This document shows, in pieces, positions 1 to 11,759 of a stretch of 64,000 nt of DNA; position 1 is the stretch's first letter, and every line of letters starts with the position of its first letter. Source of the stretch: Octopus sinensis (taxonomy: Eukaryota). The stretch lies in contig NC_043000.1 of assembly GCF_006345805.1 (NCBI RefSeq), positions 116,436,001 to 116,500,000 of the forward strand, given 5' to 3'. The position numbers and the translations under genes are program-made. The notes under the pieces are model-generated. The model was not told where the DNA came from. It worked only from the letters and a program-made list of their open reading frames with translations, and did not search any database.

Positions 1-155
1 ACCGTACTTATCGTATTGCATTCCTGTAAAAATCACCTATTAAATAGATGAAACTAGCATATATAAGGAGAATTGAGTACCTTACTATCATCGTGGGTCC
101 CTCCCTCATGAAACGGAATGCCTAACAATAGTACATACATGCATGCACTCTTACA

Positions 156-198
<43 letters not shown>

Positions 199-468
199 TA
201 TATATATATATAATAATATATATATATATATATATATATAGTGTGTGTGTGTGTGTGTGTTTTGTGTGCGTGCATGTATGTGTGCGCACGTGTACTATTA
301 ATAAATGACTCTTACCGTACTTATCGTATTGCATTCCTGTAAAAATCACCTATTAAATAGATGAAACTAGCATATATAAGGAGAATTGAGTACCTTACTA
401 TCATCGTGGGTCCCTCCCTCATGAAACGGAATGCCTAACAATAGTACATACATGCATGCACTCTTACA

Positions 469-520
<52 letters not shown>

Positions 521-530
521 ATATATATAT
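1..530. repeat. Near-identical tandem duplication, period 313 bp, each unit ending in CA/TA microsatellite
   Basis: accgtacttatcgtattgc...cttacacgcgcacac occurs at 1 and again at 314. Confidence 0.9.
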
Positions 531-536
531 AATACA

Positions 537-537
537 G

Positions 538-618
<81 letters not shown>

Positions 619-655
619 CATAGATAGATTGATAGATAGAAAGATAGATAGATAT
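537..655. repeat. (GATA)n microsatellite
   Basis: long gata tetranucleotide run. Confidence 0.95.
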
Positions 656-1842
656 TGGATGAGCAAAACGTATTGAAAATCAAATTGCCTTGCGCTGTGT
701 ATATGTCTGTGAGTGTACATATTCATTTATAATCAATCTCTCGAGTCTCCCCCTGATAAAACATACAGTAAATATCACTGCGATGACAAACTGCCAGACG
801 TATTTAGACGTGAATGTATAAACACAACATCAAAAACGCACTTAGCAAGAATCAGAAAGCGATATTAGAGAACCTGAAACATGGCAATATATTGTAATAT
901 GTTAAATCGATATGATCAATATGTTTATTATTATTATGAACAAATACGTTTATATTACAAAAATAAACAATATTTATTACAAAAATAAACATTCTAACGG
1001 CAAGTATACAAGAATTAGGAAAATCATAAACGGTACAGGTAAAAATCAAATTGTAAATTAATTACTGCTACAAAAGATCCAATATATGATTTAAAAAAAT
1101 TATTGGCTCTGGGGCGATGAAAACAGGTTAAAGTACGCGGAGTAAAGCTGCTTGGCACAGATTGGCATTGAACTCTATCACGCATGCACACTATGTTAAG
1201 ACCTTCTGGCTTAAGACTGCATTCACAAAGTTACTCAGAAATATAACCGCATCATATACGCGAGTCACGTTGATAATATAATTATTGTGGCGGATACTGA
1301 CAAATAGACCGCAGGCAGCAATATATCTGTCTGTATCCGTCACAATAAAGTAAAACCATCGCTGAATATACACTCTACATAGTTCAAGCGTAACCCAACA
1401 AACAATACCATACTTGCCGAAGGGGATTGCTTCGAGTTATTCTAATTGTCTGTTGTCAACTAATTTAAAGGATCTTTAAAATCCGAAAGATTTGAAAATA
1501 TAAATCAGAAATGTTTATGAGTGAAAATGCCTTACTTAATGAATCATAGCTGGGCAGTTTATCATTTTACGCTATAGAAAAAAATAAAACAGCAAATGCA
1601 AGTACAAAGATTAAAGGTCGTATGAAATGGAAAAAAAATCACAAACCATGGTTGACGACAAAAACAAAATGACTGGTAGCCACGGAATAGAGGAATACCC
1701 AGTAAAAGCGTGAACAATCCAGCCACAGCGCTATAGAATATATTTCGGAAAACATTTCATTAACATGAAACTAAAGCTTTCAAGCAAAAGATCGCACATC
1801 TGAAAATAATTCAAACATGTAATTTCAATATTTAGACGGATG

Positions 1843-2081
1843 AAGGCGGCGAGCTGGCAGAAACGTTAGCACGCCGGGCGAGATGCGTAGCCGTATTTCG
1901 TCTGCCGTCACGTTCTAAGTTCAAATTCCGCCGAGGTCGACTTTGCCTTTCATCCTTTCAGGTTCGATTAATTAAGTACCAGTTACACACTGAGGTCGAT
2001 ATAATCGACTTAATCCGTTTGTCTGTCCTTGTTTGTCCTGTCTGTGGTTAGCCCCTTGTGGGTAGTTTAGAAATAGGTATT
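1843..2081 (+). mobile_element. tRNA-derived SINE family A (central domain resembles the MetaSINE domain)
   Basis: head aaggcggcgagctggcagaaacgttagc, B-box-like gttcaaattcc, domain gaggtcgactttgcctttcatcc...gattaattaagtacc; more than 12 copies in the window. Confidence 0.85.
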
Positions 2082-2085
2082 TAAT

Positions 2086-2231
2086 CTACCGTTACTTTCT
2101 GAGTCCAAATTCCGCCGAGGTCGACTTTGCCTTTCATCACTTTGGGGTCGATTAAATAAGTATCAGTTACGCACTGGGTCGATGTAAACGACTTAATCCT
2201 TTTGTCTGACCTTGTTTGGTCTCTCTGTACT
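2086..2231 (+). mobile_element. SINE family A, 5'-truncated copy
   Basis: ccgccgaggtcgactttgcctttcatc...gggtcgatgtaaacgactt. Confidence 0.8.
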
Positions 2232-2363
2232 TAATTTATCGACCCCGAAAGGATGAAAGGCAAAGTCGACCTCGGCGGGATTTGAACTCAGAACGTAACG
2301 GCAGACGAAATACGGCTACGCATTTTGCCCCGCGAGCTAACAATTCTGCCAGCTCCCCGCCTT
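2232..2363 (-). mobile_element. SINE family A, 5' half, inverted
   Basis: reverse complement of the 1843 head and central domain. Confidence 0.85.
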
Positions 2364-3055
2364 GTTTTTAAAAAATATGAAATCGTTTTTGTTCTTATAC
2401 ATTATCATCATATGTATTTAAATTACAACAATATGAGCCTGGGTTTCTCATTAGCAAGTTTCTGTATTTCGTTGGCGATCCGACTATACGGCAAAAATAT
2501 GGCTGTTAGCCAGAATGCCTACTTGAAACACAGATGTACTTTTTAGGGAGGTACGTGAAAAGTATTGTTTCGTCTCTATCTGAAACATAATTTCAGTAAT
2601 AAATAACAAAAGTCACTGGAAATGTACTGATTTCACCTAGCAAACACTGTTATCACTACAACAGTCTATAAATAGAGAGGAATCGAAACCTTCGAGGGTG
2701 TATCTTGTGTTTATATTACTTGTGCCTTATATTTATATAATATTTAATAATTTTTTTCCTACAATATCCGGTATTAAATACTCTTAGTCCTGGTCACCCT
2801 CAACATCTGTTTACATCCATGCATCCATTATACATGCGCACATCTATATATAAATATAAATGTATAAGTATGTACGTATATATATAATAATATATATATA
2901 ACATAATATATTTATACATACATACATACATATATGTATATCTGTATATATTGGTAAAAACGGTAAGATAACAAAAGAAAGAAAGAGACCTCAATATTAT
3001 GTAAATAGAGGAAATTTATCTATAAAATAATATGTTACAATTATTCAATAGTCAA

Positions 3056-3113
3056 GATAAAACTCTGAGTTTCAGATGCCGAAGTGGAAAACCACAACAT
3101 CTCTTCGGTTATC
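3056..3113 (-). ncRNA. Type I hammerhead-like motif (variant core)
   Basis: minus strand GAUAA-CCGAAGA-GAUGUUG...CGGCAUC-U-GAAA-CUCAGAG-UU|UUAUC: 5-bp stem I, extended stem II, near-palindromic stem III. Confidence 0.55.
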
Positions 3114-3351
3114 TGGCCCTCTGAAAAAACGCTATGAAAAAATACAGTTATATAAGTGGAAATTACAGTGTTATAATTCCGGTACTTATATAAATTAAGA
3201 TTAAAAGTTCATAGTAAACACGTAAACATGGCTACCCATACGCTCACATGTGCGCTCGCGGACACACGTGCGTACTTATACGTCACTACGAAAACGTACA
3301 CATTTTCACTCGCATTTTTCGCCAAATGTATACGCATATATATAGACTATC

Positions 3352-3411
<60 letters not shown>

Positions 3412-3541
3412 AATTTAGGAATGGCCTAAACAGGCCATTCGTCCACCAGAAAGAGCAGCCAGAACTCCAACCGCCAAGTAGTGTAATTCGGAAATAACCC
3501 TAAATTGATAATTGAAAAAATATATATATATATATATATAT

Positions 3542-3941
3542 ACTAACAGTATAGCTCAGCGTTGCTCGGGCTTCTTTTCTTTTCGACCCTTTAGAATTGG
3601 AATATTTGAAAAGTAAAACGTTTGTATTATGTAGCTTGTTATTCTCTTAAAGTGAACATTTTTCTGGTTGAAATACACCGAAAAATGGCGACACAGCAGT
3701 CAAAAAATCGTAAAAAATAGGGACTTTCACAGAAAAAAGCACCTTTTTGACGTAAATAATTTTTGGTGTTAACATAGTCTGATTTGATTTTTTTTCTTCT
3801 ACGGAAGGAAGAGCAAGCCTTCTTCCATCATACTCTCAACTTTGGTCAATTTGCGCCGCAGGGTCTCGGAGGAGGTAGTGTTAGTTGAAGGCTACCAAAC
3901 CTGCCATCTACAGACAACTTCAGCTTTATATATAGAGAGAT
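3542..3941 (-). mobile_element. Non-autonomous Helitron-like element
   Basis: minus strand starts aTCTCTCTATATATAAAGCTGAAG and ends cccgagcaacgctgagc-tatactg-TTAG (degenerate hairpin plus CTAG). Confidence 0.6.
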
Positions 3942-4089
3942 TTCATTTTTTGCCATGTATTATTCTTTTAGATTATAGTGATCAACTATAAACGTAGAAA
4001 TTCGTGATAATTCTGAGATAAGAAAAACAAATTTACGTCTTTGAATTAGTTTTGCTGGATTCCTGTTGTGAAATCGCGTGTTGAAACAA

Positions 4090-4340
4090 ATATTGTAATA
4101 TTTCGAGATGGTCATTTTTTTCTTACCAAATAAAGACATGTACGATTATCCGTTCTTCATTTGTTCATTGTTGTTCTTATTTCATCTCCCTTTTCTAGAA
4201 ATCTTTCGTCACACACCTGTAGCCTCTTCGGTGACATTTAATCACATGTGTTTCCTCGTTTTCGGTTTAGCCTATTCTATCTTTCCATGGTATGTATCCT
4301 TATCTGCGCATTCGTTTGCACCTGCGTCTATGTCTATACT
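4090..4340 (-). mobile_element. Hammerhead-bearing pLTR-like repeat (diverged relative of 5741 and 12420 copies), left arm
   Basis: aligns by eye to the reverse complement of 4480-4725; carries CCGAAGA-G-GCTAC-aggtgt-GTGAC-GAAA-GATTTC at about 4196-4236. Confidence 0.6.
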
Positions 4341-4479
4341 GGTTGTACCCGTGTCCAAAATATAGGACACGGATAGAAACAGTATAGTAAACAAACCAAC
4401 ACACACACACACACACAAAACACAGATACAAAACACATAGACACGCGTACACACGCACGCACATAGACACAGATACAAA

Positions 4480-4725
4480 CACAAACGCATGCGCAGATAA
4501 GGACACACATAATAGAAATAAAGAATGGACTAAACAGAACAGGAGATACATGTGATGGAAGATATTTCGAAGAGGTCACAGATGTGTAGCGAAAGACTTC
4601 CAGACAATGGACATGAAATAAGATCCATAATAAACAGATGAAAAACGAATATAGAGTGCATGTGTTCATTTGGCAAGAAACAAAAGGAATGACTATCCCG
4701 AAATTTAAAAACATAAATATTTTTA
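4480..4725 (+). mobile_element. Hammerhead-bearing pLTR-like repeat, right arm
   Basis: TCGAAGA-G-GTCAC-agatgt-GTAGC-GAAA-GACTTC at about 4567-4600; inverted partner of 4090-4340. Confidence 0.6.
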
Positions 4726-4956
4726 AATTGGAGCAACTTAGTTATTTACAGGATTATTAGAAGGATGATATGCACAAAAAGGGGTTATGAAGCGTAGAGA
4801 GAGAGAGAGGAGGAGGGAGGGAGGGAGAAAGGAGAGAATGAAAAGTATATGAAGGAAAGGGAGAGAAAGATTGAGGGGGAGGATGGGAAAACAATAAATA
4901 TGTGAGGGAAGGAGAGAGAGGCGTGATAAAGTGGGTCATGCTATGATATGCCGGAG

Positions 4957-5672
4957 TGATGATACCTCTTTCCAAGTGCACATTACCAAGATGGCGACAA
5001 AGTCCAGACGGCTGTTTGGATGGATCCTGAGAACGTTCAGAACGGGAGAGAAGTAAATCATGATAATCCTCAGGAGGACATTCGTTTTCAGCCGCCTAGA
5101 CTACTGCTCCCAGCTATGCTCACCATACAGTGCTCACCACACAGTGTAAAATTAAAGGCGGACTTTTAGGCAATTCAGCTATTGGGAAATGCTGAAGCAG
5201 CAAAGACTCTACTTCCTGGGGCGAAGGCGGAAGAGATATGCAGTAATATACATTTGGAAGTTCTTAGAAGCGAATGTGCTAAATTTTGCCATTGGAAGCC
5301 ACACAAATGCCAGAACGGGTCGCCACTGCACATTGCCGAATATCCCAGCAATGCCGTCGCGCTTCAGGACCAGTTACTGCAACAACCTAGACTTCAGGGG
5401 ACCACAGCTTTTTAATATTCTCCCAAAGAGCCTGAGCGACCTACACAAAGTAGATGTACGTGTTTTCAAATCAAAACTGGATCACTTTCCGTTGAGAGCC
5501 TCAGATGAACCTACCTCGTGGCAGGGGGCCCAAATTAGGTTAGCGACACCAAAGTCCCTTAATCACCAAATGTCACATATCAGAGGAGGCTCTCAACAAT
5601 AACAGTGTAGCAGAACGGCGGTGCCCCAGCATGGCCAAACTCTGAGCTGAAACTGATAAAACAAGAATACAA
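4957..5672 (+). mobile_element. 5'-truncated CR1/L2-group LINE: decayed RT C-terminus and 3' UTR
   Basis: translates as SDDTSFQVHITKMATKSRRLFGWILRTF...SRLDYCSQLCSPY...YAVIYIWK...FRGPQLFNILPK; tail ggcggtgccccagcatggcc...gagctgaaac. Confidence 0.85.
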
Positions 5673-5740
5673 TATACATATATACGGTTATATATTTGTT
5701 TTGCAAGATTTTTGATGTGAAATACAGATATCGTTGTATT

Positions 5741-6049
5741 TAGGAATGGTCATTTTGCCAGTTTAGCCAATAAAAACACACGCACTATATATTTGGTGTT
5801 ACTTTGCTTCAGCGTTATTTTTACATTAAACTTAATCTTATTTCGGTCAGAGTTCTTTCGTCACACTCCTGTGACTTCATCAGTGGTCCTTTGTTTTCTT
5901 CTTTCTTATTTGTGTGTCTCTCCTTACTAACGATCAGCCATTTTGGATTTTGTATTCCTATTGTATGTGTCATCATTTGTGCATGCGTATACCTCTGTGT
6001 GCGTCTATGTTTAGTTAGTGTGTGGGGGGAGTGCCTGTAATATTTGTAT
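5741..6049 (-). mobile_element. Penelope-type pLTR-like repeat, inverted and abutting the RT fragment
   Basis: clearly homologous to 12420-12716 in opposite orientation; homology ends at about 6049 where the RT frame begins. Confidence 0.7.
5847..5886 (-). ncRNA. Minimal type I hammerhead motif
   Basis: CCA-CUGAUGA-A-GUCAC-aggagu-GUGAC-GAAA-GAAC-UC|UGA: intact core, perfect 5-bp stem II, one stem I mismatch. Confidence 0.7.
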
Positions 6050-6997
6050 TCATATGACAATAAATACCTAGATAAACATGATCTTAGTAGTTTCTGCCCC
6101 AGTAGACGTTTAAGAGGTAAACCACCCACAATTACTTCTATGGCTAGGAAGACCCATATAGAGAGATGGAGCGGATGGACCAGAGCCATACGGACCCCTG
6201 CAAATGTCCACCAGGTAAAGAAAATGATCGCACATACACAAGGAGCTAGTATAAGAGTTACTCTAAAAGGCCACACGTTTAAGTTTAACAACAAAATATA
6301 TGCCCAGGACGAGGGGGCAGCCATCGGCGTTAGTATCGCCGGTGAGGTGGCCAAATTTTTCATGGCATGGTGGGACCGAAGGCTTAAGGATCGCCTGACA
6401 CAGAACTCCATACTCGTGAACATGTACTCTCGCTATGTTGATGATATCAACATAGTTGTAAAGGCACCCCCACAAGAGAGTACTCTTGAAATAGCAATAA
6501 ATACTATGGAGAGCATTCAGCAAATAGCTAACTCCATCCACTAGAGTATTAAGGTCACGATAGACTACCCCACTAAACACCCTAACCATAGACTACCAGC
6601 ACTAGACACAGACCTTTGGCTGGAAACTGAGAATAATAAAACCCGAATCCTTCATTCGTACTATGCCAAACCTATGGCCTCCAAATACTTGATCCACCGG
6701 AACTCAGCTATCGCAAACAATGCCAAATTCAATATTTTGATGGCAGACCTCGTCAGAATAATAATGCGAAACGTGTCCCGCATGTGCGAGCCAACAAAGT
6801 TAAAGAGACACATACAGCAGTTCGTTCACCGCATGCAGTTCTCAGGTTACAGCCATAAAGAAAGGATCAGAGTATACAAAAGAGCCATGAAGAAACTTGA
6901 TACTATCTTATGTAACGATAGGAATGAGATTTGCCCACTCTATAGGAGCAAGTCATGGAACACTATTGAAAGGACTAAGAAGAAAAAATATATGTAG
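6050..6997 (+). pseudogene. Penelope-like element reverse transcriptase fragment (possibly Naiad/Chlamys-type)
   Basis: ORFs 6044-6544 and 6674-6997 share one frame broken by a single TAG at 6542-6544; motifs FKFNNKIYAQDEGAAIG, YSRYVDDI, LPALDTDLW, YYAKPMASKYL, RMQFSGYS. Confidence 0.85.
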
Positions 6998-7726
6998 GCT
7001 TTTGGGAATTAGAATATATGAGTGAAATTATAAAACAATTTTAACAATTTTATTATTGTACATGCCTCCCAATAAAAGCAATTTCAGACTGTACTGAGCG
7101 AGAGAAACAGTCTTCTGTGAACTACTCATGTATGCGGAAGATATATCTTTTTTAGCGAAGTCTTTTATTTCTTTTCTTTTCACTTATAGGATTTGTTGCC
7201 TGTTCTGGTGAAATTCGAATTAGTTTCACAAATGAACAATTTTTCTTGTCAAGAATTATCTTCGAATTTCTCTTCATATTTAAATGATGCATGTACCAGT
7301 TAACAGGGCTCTCGCTAAACACTTGAGGTATGTTTTATAACATAAACTTTGAAATCAAATGGAGCATTACCCAATGAGACGTTGGTAACCACATCTTAAG
7401 TCCGCGATTAAACGTATGTTGGATATGCAGTTCATTGTTGAAAATCAATTATCGCGCAACGTCAAATTAATGATTGAAGATAAAAAAAATTAGTTCAAGT
7501 TTTATGAAGTTCAACGTATTTGAGGAGACTGCATATTTCATTAACTGTTCCAAGAACGTAACTTCAGGCAACAAGAATTTTAAAATATTGCTGTGGATTA
7601 GTAGAGATAATTTTGTATTGCAAATGAATTCGTTACAAAATAATATGGAGGGAAACAGAATTACTTGAGCGCTGAATTAGAAAATATTGGAAGAGGCAGA
7701 AACGGCGTCGGGATTTCTGCAGCAAT

Positions 7727-7817
7727 GTAGAGTTCTGTTCTTGAAGAGATTTTCTATTTGAAAATTCTAGCAGAAAAATATTCTTCGTGTTTTTATAAAC
7801 ATTTTATTTTATTTTCC

Positions 7818-7868
<51 letters not shown>

Positions 7869-7991
7869 TATAAATTCTTACATAAATATTCACATTCCTT
7901 GTTTATCCTTATTAAGATACAATACGATTTATAAATGCTTCTAAATTTTTTTTAGAAATAAACATTGATAATATTTATGTATACATGTCGC
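7727..7991 (+). repeat. Long inverted repeat, left arm
   Basis: matches the reverse complement of 9057-9293, including the internal (TA)n. Confidence 0.85.
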
Positions 7992-8597
7992 TTATAATAC
8001 ATTTATATTTATCAATTTTATTATTAAATTATCTTTGTTAAATCTATTTGCATTAGTAGTTGTTCAAATATACTAAAACATCCTAAAATGTTTTCATATA
8101 TCTCGTATATCTTTCATATATCTTTGTTACATATTTATTGAAAAATATCACATACATATTCATGAAGATGATTCTTCAATTTTATTGAAACAACATCCAT
8201 TATGTTAGCTATGTATTCAGTAATTTTACTGTTTTGCGAATTACGTGATGTAAGTATAATAGCTAATTCCTAAAGCTGTCTCTTTCAAATAATTCAGAAT
8301 TTATTGATTGCCGAACGAATATACTTTAAGAATGCTTTGGAACCTCTTGCAGTTTTAACACAAAAAATAATATCAAAAATGGTTACATAGTATGAATCAT
8401 CATCTAATGGTAGGAAATTGATGCAATCAGAGAGGAAGGAATATTTAGTGACGTTTTATGACTGCCGTGGGCAACTGTTCCCGCAAAGTTCCCCAGACCT
8501 GAACAAATGGTTGTTTCTACGCGAATGTTCCCATCTTGGAATCAATCTAAAGTCACTGTGACATTCTCAGCGACTTCATTCAGTTGACACAGACATT

Positions 8598-8836
8598 ATT
8601 ACCTATTTCTTTACTACACAAAAGGGGCTACACACAGAGAGGACAAACAAGGACAGTCAAACGGATTAAGTCGATTATATCGACCCCAATACGTAACTGG
8701 TACTTATTTAATCGACCCCGGAAGGATGAAAGGCAAAGTCAACCTCAGCGGAATTTGAACGCAGAACGTAGCGGCAAACGAAATACTGCTAAGCATTTCG
8801 CCCGGCGTGCTAACGATTCTGCCAGCTCGCCGCCTT
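8598..8836 (-). mobile_element. SINE family A, full length
   Basis: reverse complement of the 1843 copy. Confidence 0.85.
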
Positions 8837-9056
8837 TAAATATATATATAAGGACAAAGATATTATTACCCTTAAATAAACCGGAGCTTCATACGCACAC
8901 AATTACACCACGAGAACAACTAATGACATTTTATTTTGTTAGTCTTCAGTCACTCGAGTTTGAGTGCGAAATCGATGACAGATGAAATGTTCGAATCAAC
9001 TTCAAATGTATTCACATATAACAAACCAAATAACCATTGATGGCATGTGGCACCTT

Positions 9057-9293
9057 GCGACATATATACATAAATATTATCAATGTTTATTTCTAAAAAA
9101 CATTTTTTAAACATTTATAAATCGTATTGTATCTTAATAAGGATAAACAAGGAATGAATATTTATGTAAGAATATATATATATATATATATACTTCCAAG
9201 GAAAATAAAATAAAATGTTTGTTTATAAAAACACGAAGAATATTTTTCTTCTAGATTTTTAAATAGAAAAACGCTTCAAAAATAGAACTCTAC
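9057..9293 (-). repeat. Long inverted repeat, right arm
   Basis: gcgacatatatacataaatattatcaatg...aatagaactctac. Confidence 0.85.
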
Positions 9294-10224
9294 AACAACT
9301 AGCAACGAATCTGGAATGTGAAGGAAGGCATGTATGTTTGTTAAGAGTTTCGCTCTGTACGTAGTTACAGATTTAATGTCAACGTGTAGCACTTAGAATA
9401 GATAATATCTTGTGATATAAAAACAAGCGGAAACTGAGGAATCCCATCAGTGTGATTTTTCCTCTTCCTCGGCGGTTTATTTAAACCATCATTCGCGTTA
9501 GCTGCTGCCTTCGGTTCTTAGTTGCCCTAAGTGGAAGACTATTTTAGAAGCAGACAACCATACTGCGCCTACACACTTCCATGAGTTGGCACACTCGTGT
9601 GTATGTAGGCAGATAGTTTAGCATAGTGAATTTAAAGAATTTTATAAATTTATACAGAACGATAAAATATTTAGAGATAGCAGGTATATTTAACATCATC
9701 AGAATAATTTATGAATAATGTCATAGTGGAGTTGGCTGATTAAAACTGGAGGTCACACTAAGCTCTGACAAAATAATTTATTAATGAGTTTATTATGTAT
9801 GCATGTGTATATGCATGTATTTGTATGTATGTATATATATATATATATATATATATACATACATATGTGTGTGTGTATACATATATACATACATAGATAC
9901 ATTTATATATATATGTATGTATGTATATAAATACATATATATATATGTATTATATATATGTATGTATGCATATATATATACATATATGTCATATATATGC
10001 CATATACTGCAGCAGCTTGGATTCAAAGGCCCACAAGCCAACAACTGTACCATTCACTTTACGCCATTATCTTGATTTTGTGGTGTAAGGAGAAACAACT
10101 CTAAATTTCTCCTGTTTTACGTATTCCTGTTTTCTCTTACGTTTTCCGGTTTTTCAACCTTCTGCCTTTTATAATTAATTCTTTGTCGCTTTTTCTCGCT
10201 TCCTATCGTTATGCCATGTGAGCA

Positions 10225-10309
10225 GTGCCTGATAACTGTGCTAGGACAGTAGACGTGTTAAAAAAATACTGTCTAGCATGCTCTCAGCACATGAAACTAA
10301 TAGTAGCAC
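10225..10309 (+). ncRNA. Type I hammerhead-like motif with long stem II (core G8A)
   Basis: GUGC-CUGAUAA-c-UGUGCU...AGCACA-u-GAAA-CUAAUAG-UA|GCAC; inner stem ctaggacagta/tactgtctag. Confidence 0.6.
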
Positions 10310-10429
10310 AAAGAAGCATATATTGCGTTTATCAAGTAATCCATATATATATGTTTGTGTATGTGTATATATGTATAAATACACAAATACTCTCGCACAC
10401 ACATACACACACACACCCCGCACATATCA

Positions 10430-10751
10430 AAACCTCTTCGATTGTGAATAACTATGGCATATCACCTAGAAAGTTACGTTCCGAAGAACAAGTCCGGGCA
10501 AGGTTGCTCATGAAAGACCAGCAATCGGCTCCCCTATCCACGCCACCGACGTTATCGAAGGGAAAGACAAAGGAGCCGAAACTGCTCCGCACAAGTGACA
10601 TCGCAATTCATTTCTACAGTTGAGTGACCTGGATCAACGTGGACTAGCGGGACTTGCTCAAGAACACAGCACAGAGCCTAGTCTGGGAATCAAACCCACA
10701 GCTCATCATTGTGAGCCCGACATTCTAACCACTGAGCCATGCGGCTTCACA
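10430..10751 (-). mobile_element. tRNA-derived SINE family D
   Basis: minus-strand head gaagccgcatggctcagtggttagaatgtcggg...gggtttgattcccagac followed by ttgagcaag. Confidence 0.65.
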
Positions 10752-11231
10752 CACACACATATATATATGTATATGTATGTATCTACATATAGAAATATGC
10801 TTAAATAAGATTAGACTTAACAGCTATGTTCAAGCAAATAGATTATATATTTGTTAAATTCAAATCGCTCATAATAAATTGATAAGTCATTTAATCCGTT
10901 GAGGAATCTAAATTATTTCAAAACATATCATATAACTCAACCATTGAAAATACATTTGAACATTTGAATATGTCGTAGAATTTGAAAGTTAAACTAATAA
11001 CAATAGAAATGCGTTCTTCGCGGAACATAACGTCATCAAATGAGGGACAAGAGGAGAACGGAAACAACAGAATCGATGAATTTGTTTCCCTTAGGCCACT
11101 TGTATTGTCCGAATAACATAATTACATGAATTTGTACTCATACCATTCTATAAGTAATCCTCTACAACAACGTTAAATGGGCATCCATCCATACATACAT
11201 ACATACATACACACAGACGGACAGACAGAGA

Positions 11232-11299
<68 letters not shown>

Positions 11300-11496
11300 G
11301 TTGTTATATAGGTTTGCTTATAGAATGTTATACATACAAACTATCTATAAACGACTTATAAACGCCCTCTCTCTCTCTCACATACACAGACACGTCGCAA
11401 ACGCATAGTAATGCTTCAGTATACACGCACTTACTAATATAATAAAGACGAAATAGGGATATAGTTAAACAATCAAATAAACATTAGAAACAGCAA

Positions 11497-11576
<80 letters not shown>

Positions 11577-11759
11577 TGATGATAATGGCTCTCTAAATTA
11601 AGGGGGCGTAAACAAACGATTATCGCCTGTCAAGCGAAAATTAGTGTTAAACACAAACACAAAGACAGACAAACATACATGTATATACACACACACACAC
11701 ACCAACACACACATGCGATTATTTACTAAGCAGTGTCGATTTTACAGTTCTTTTAATAA

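Noticed and set aside
7190-7327. Exon-like segment with a strong polypyrimidine/AG acceptor and a GTATGT donor (138 bp)
   Set aside because: All three frames contain stops and there is no homology cue; at most a non-coding exon.
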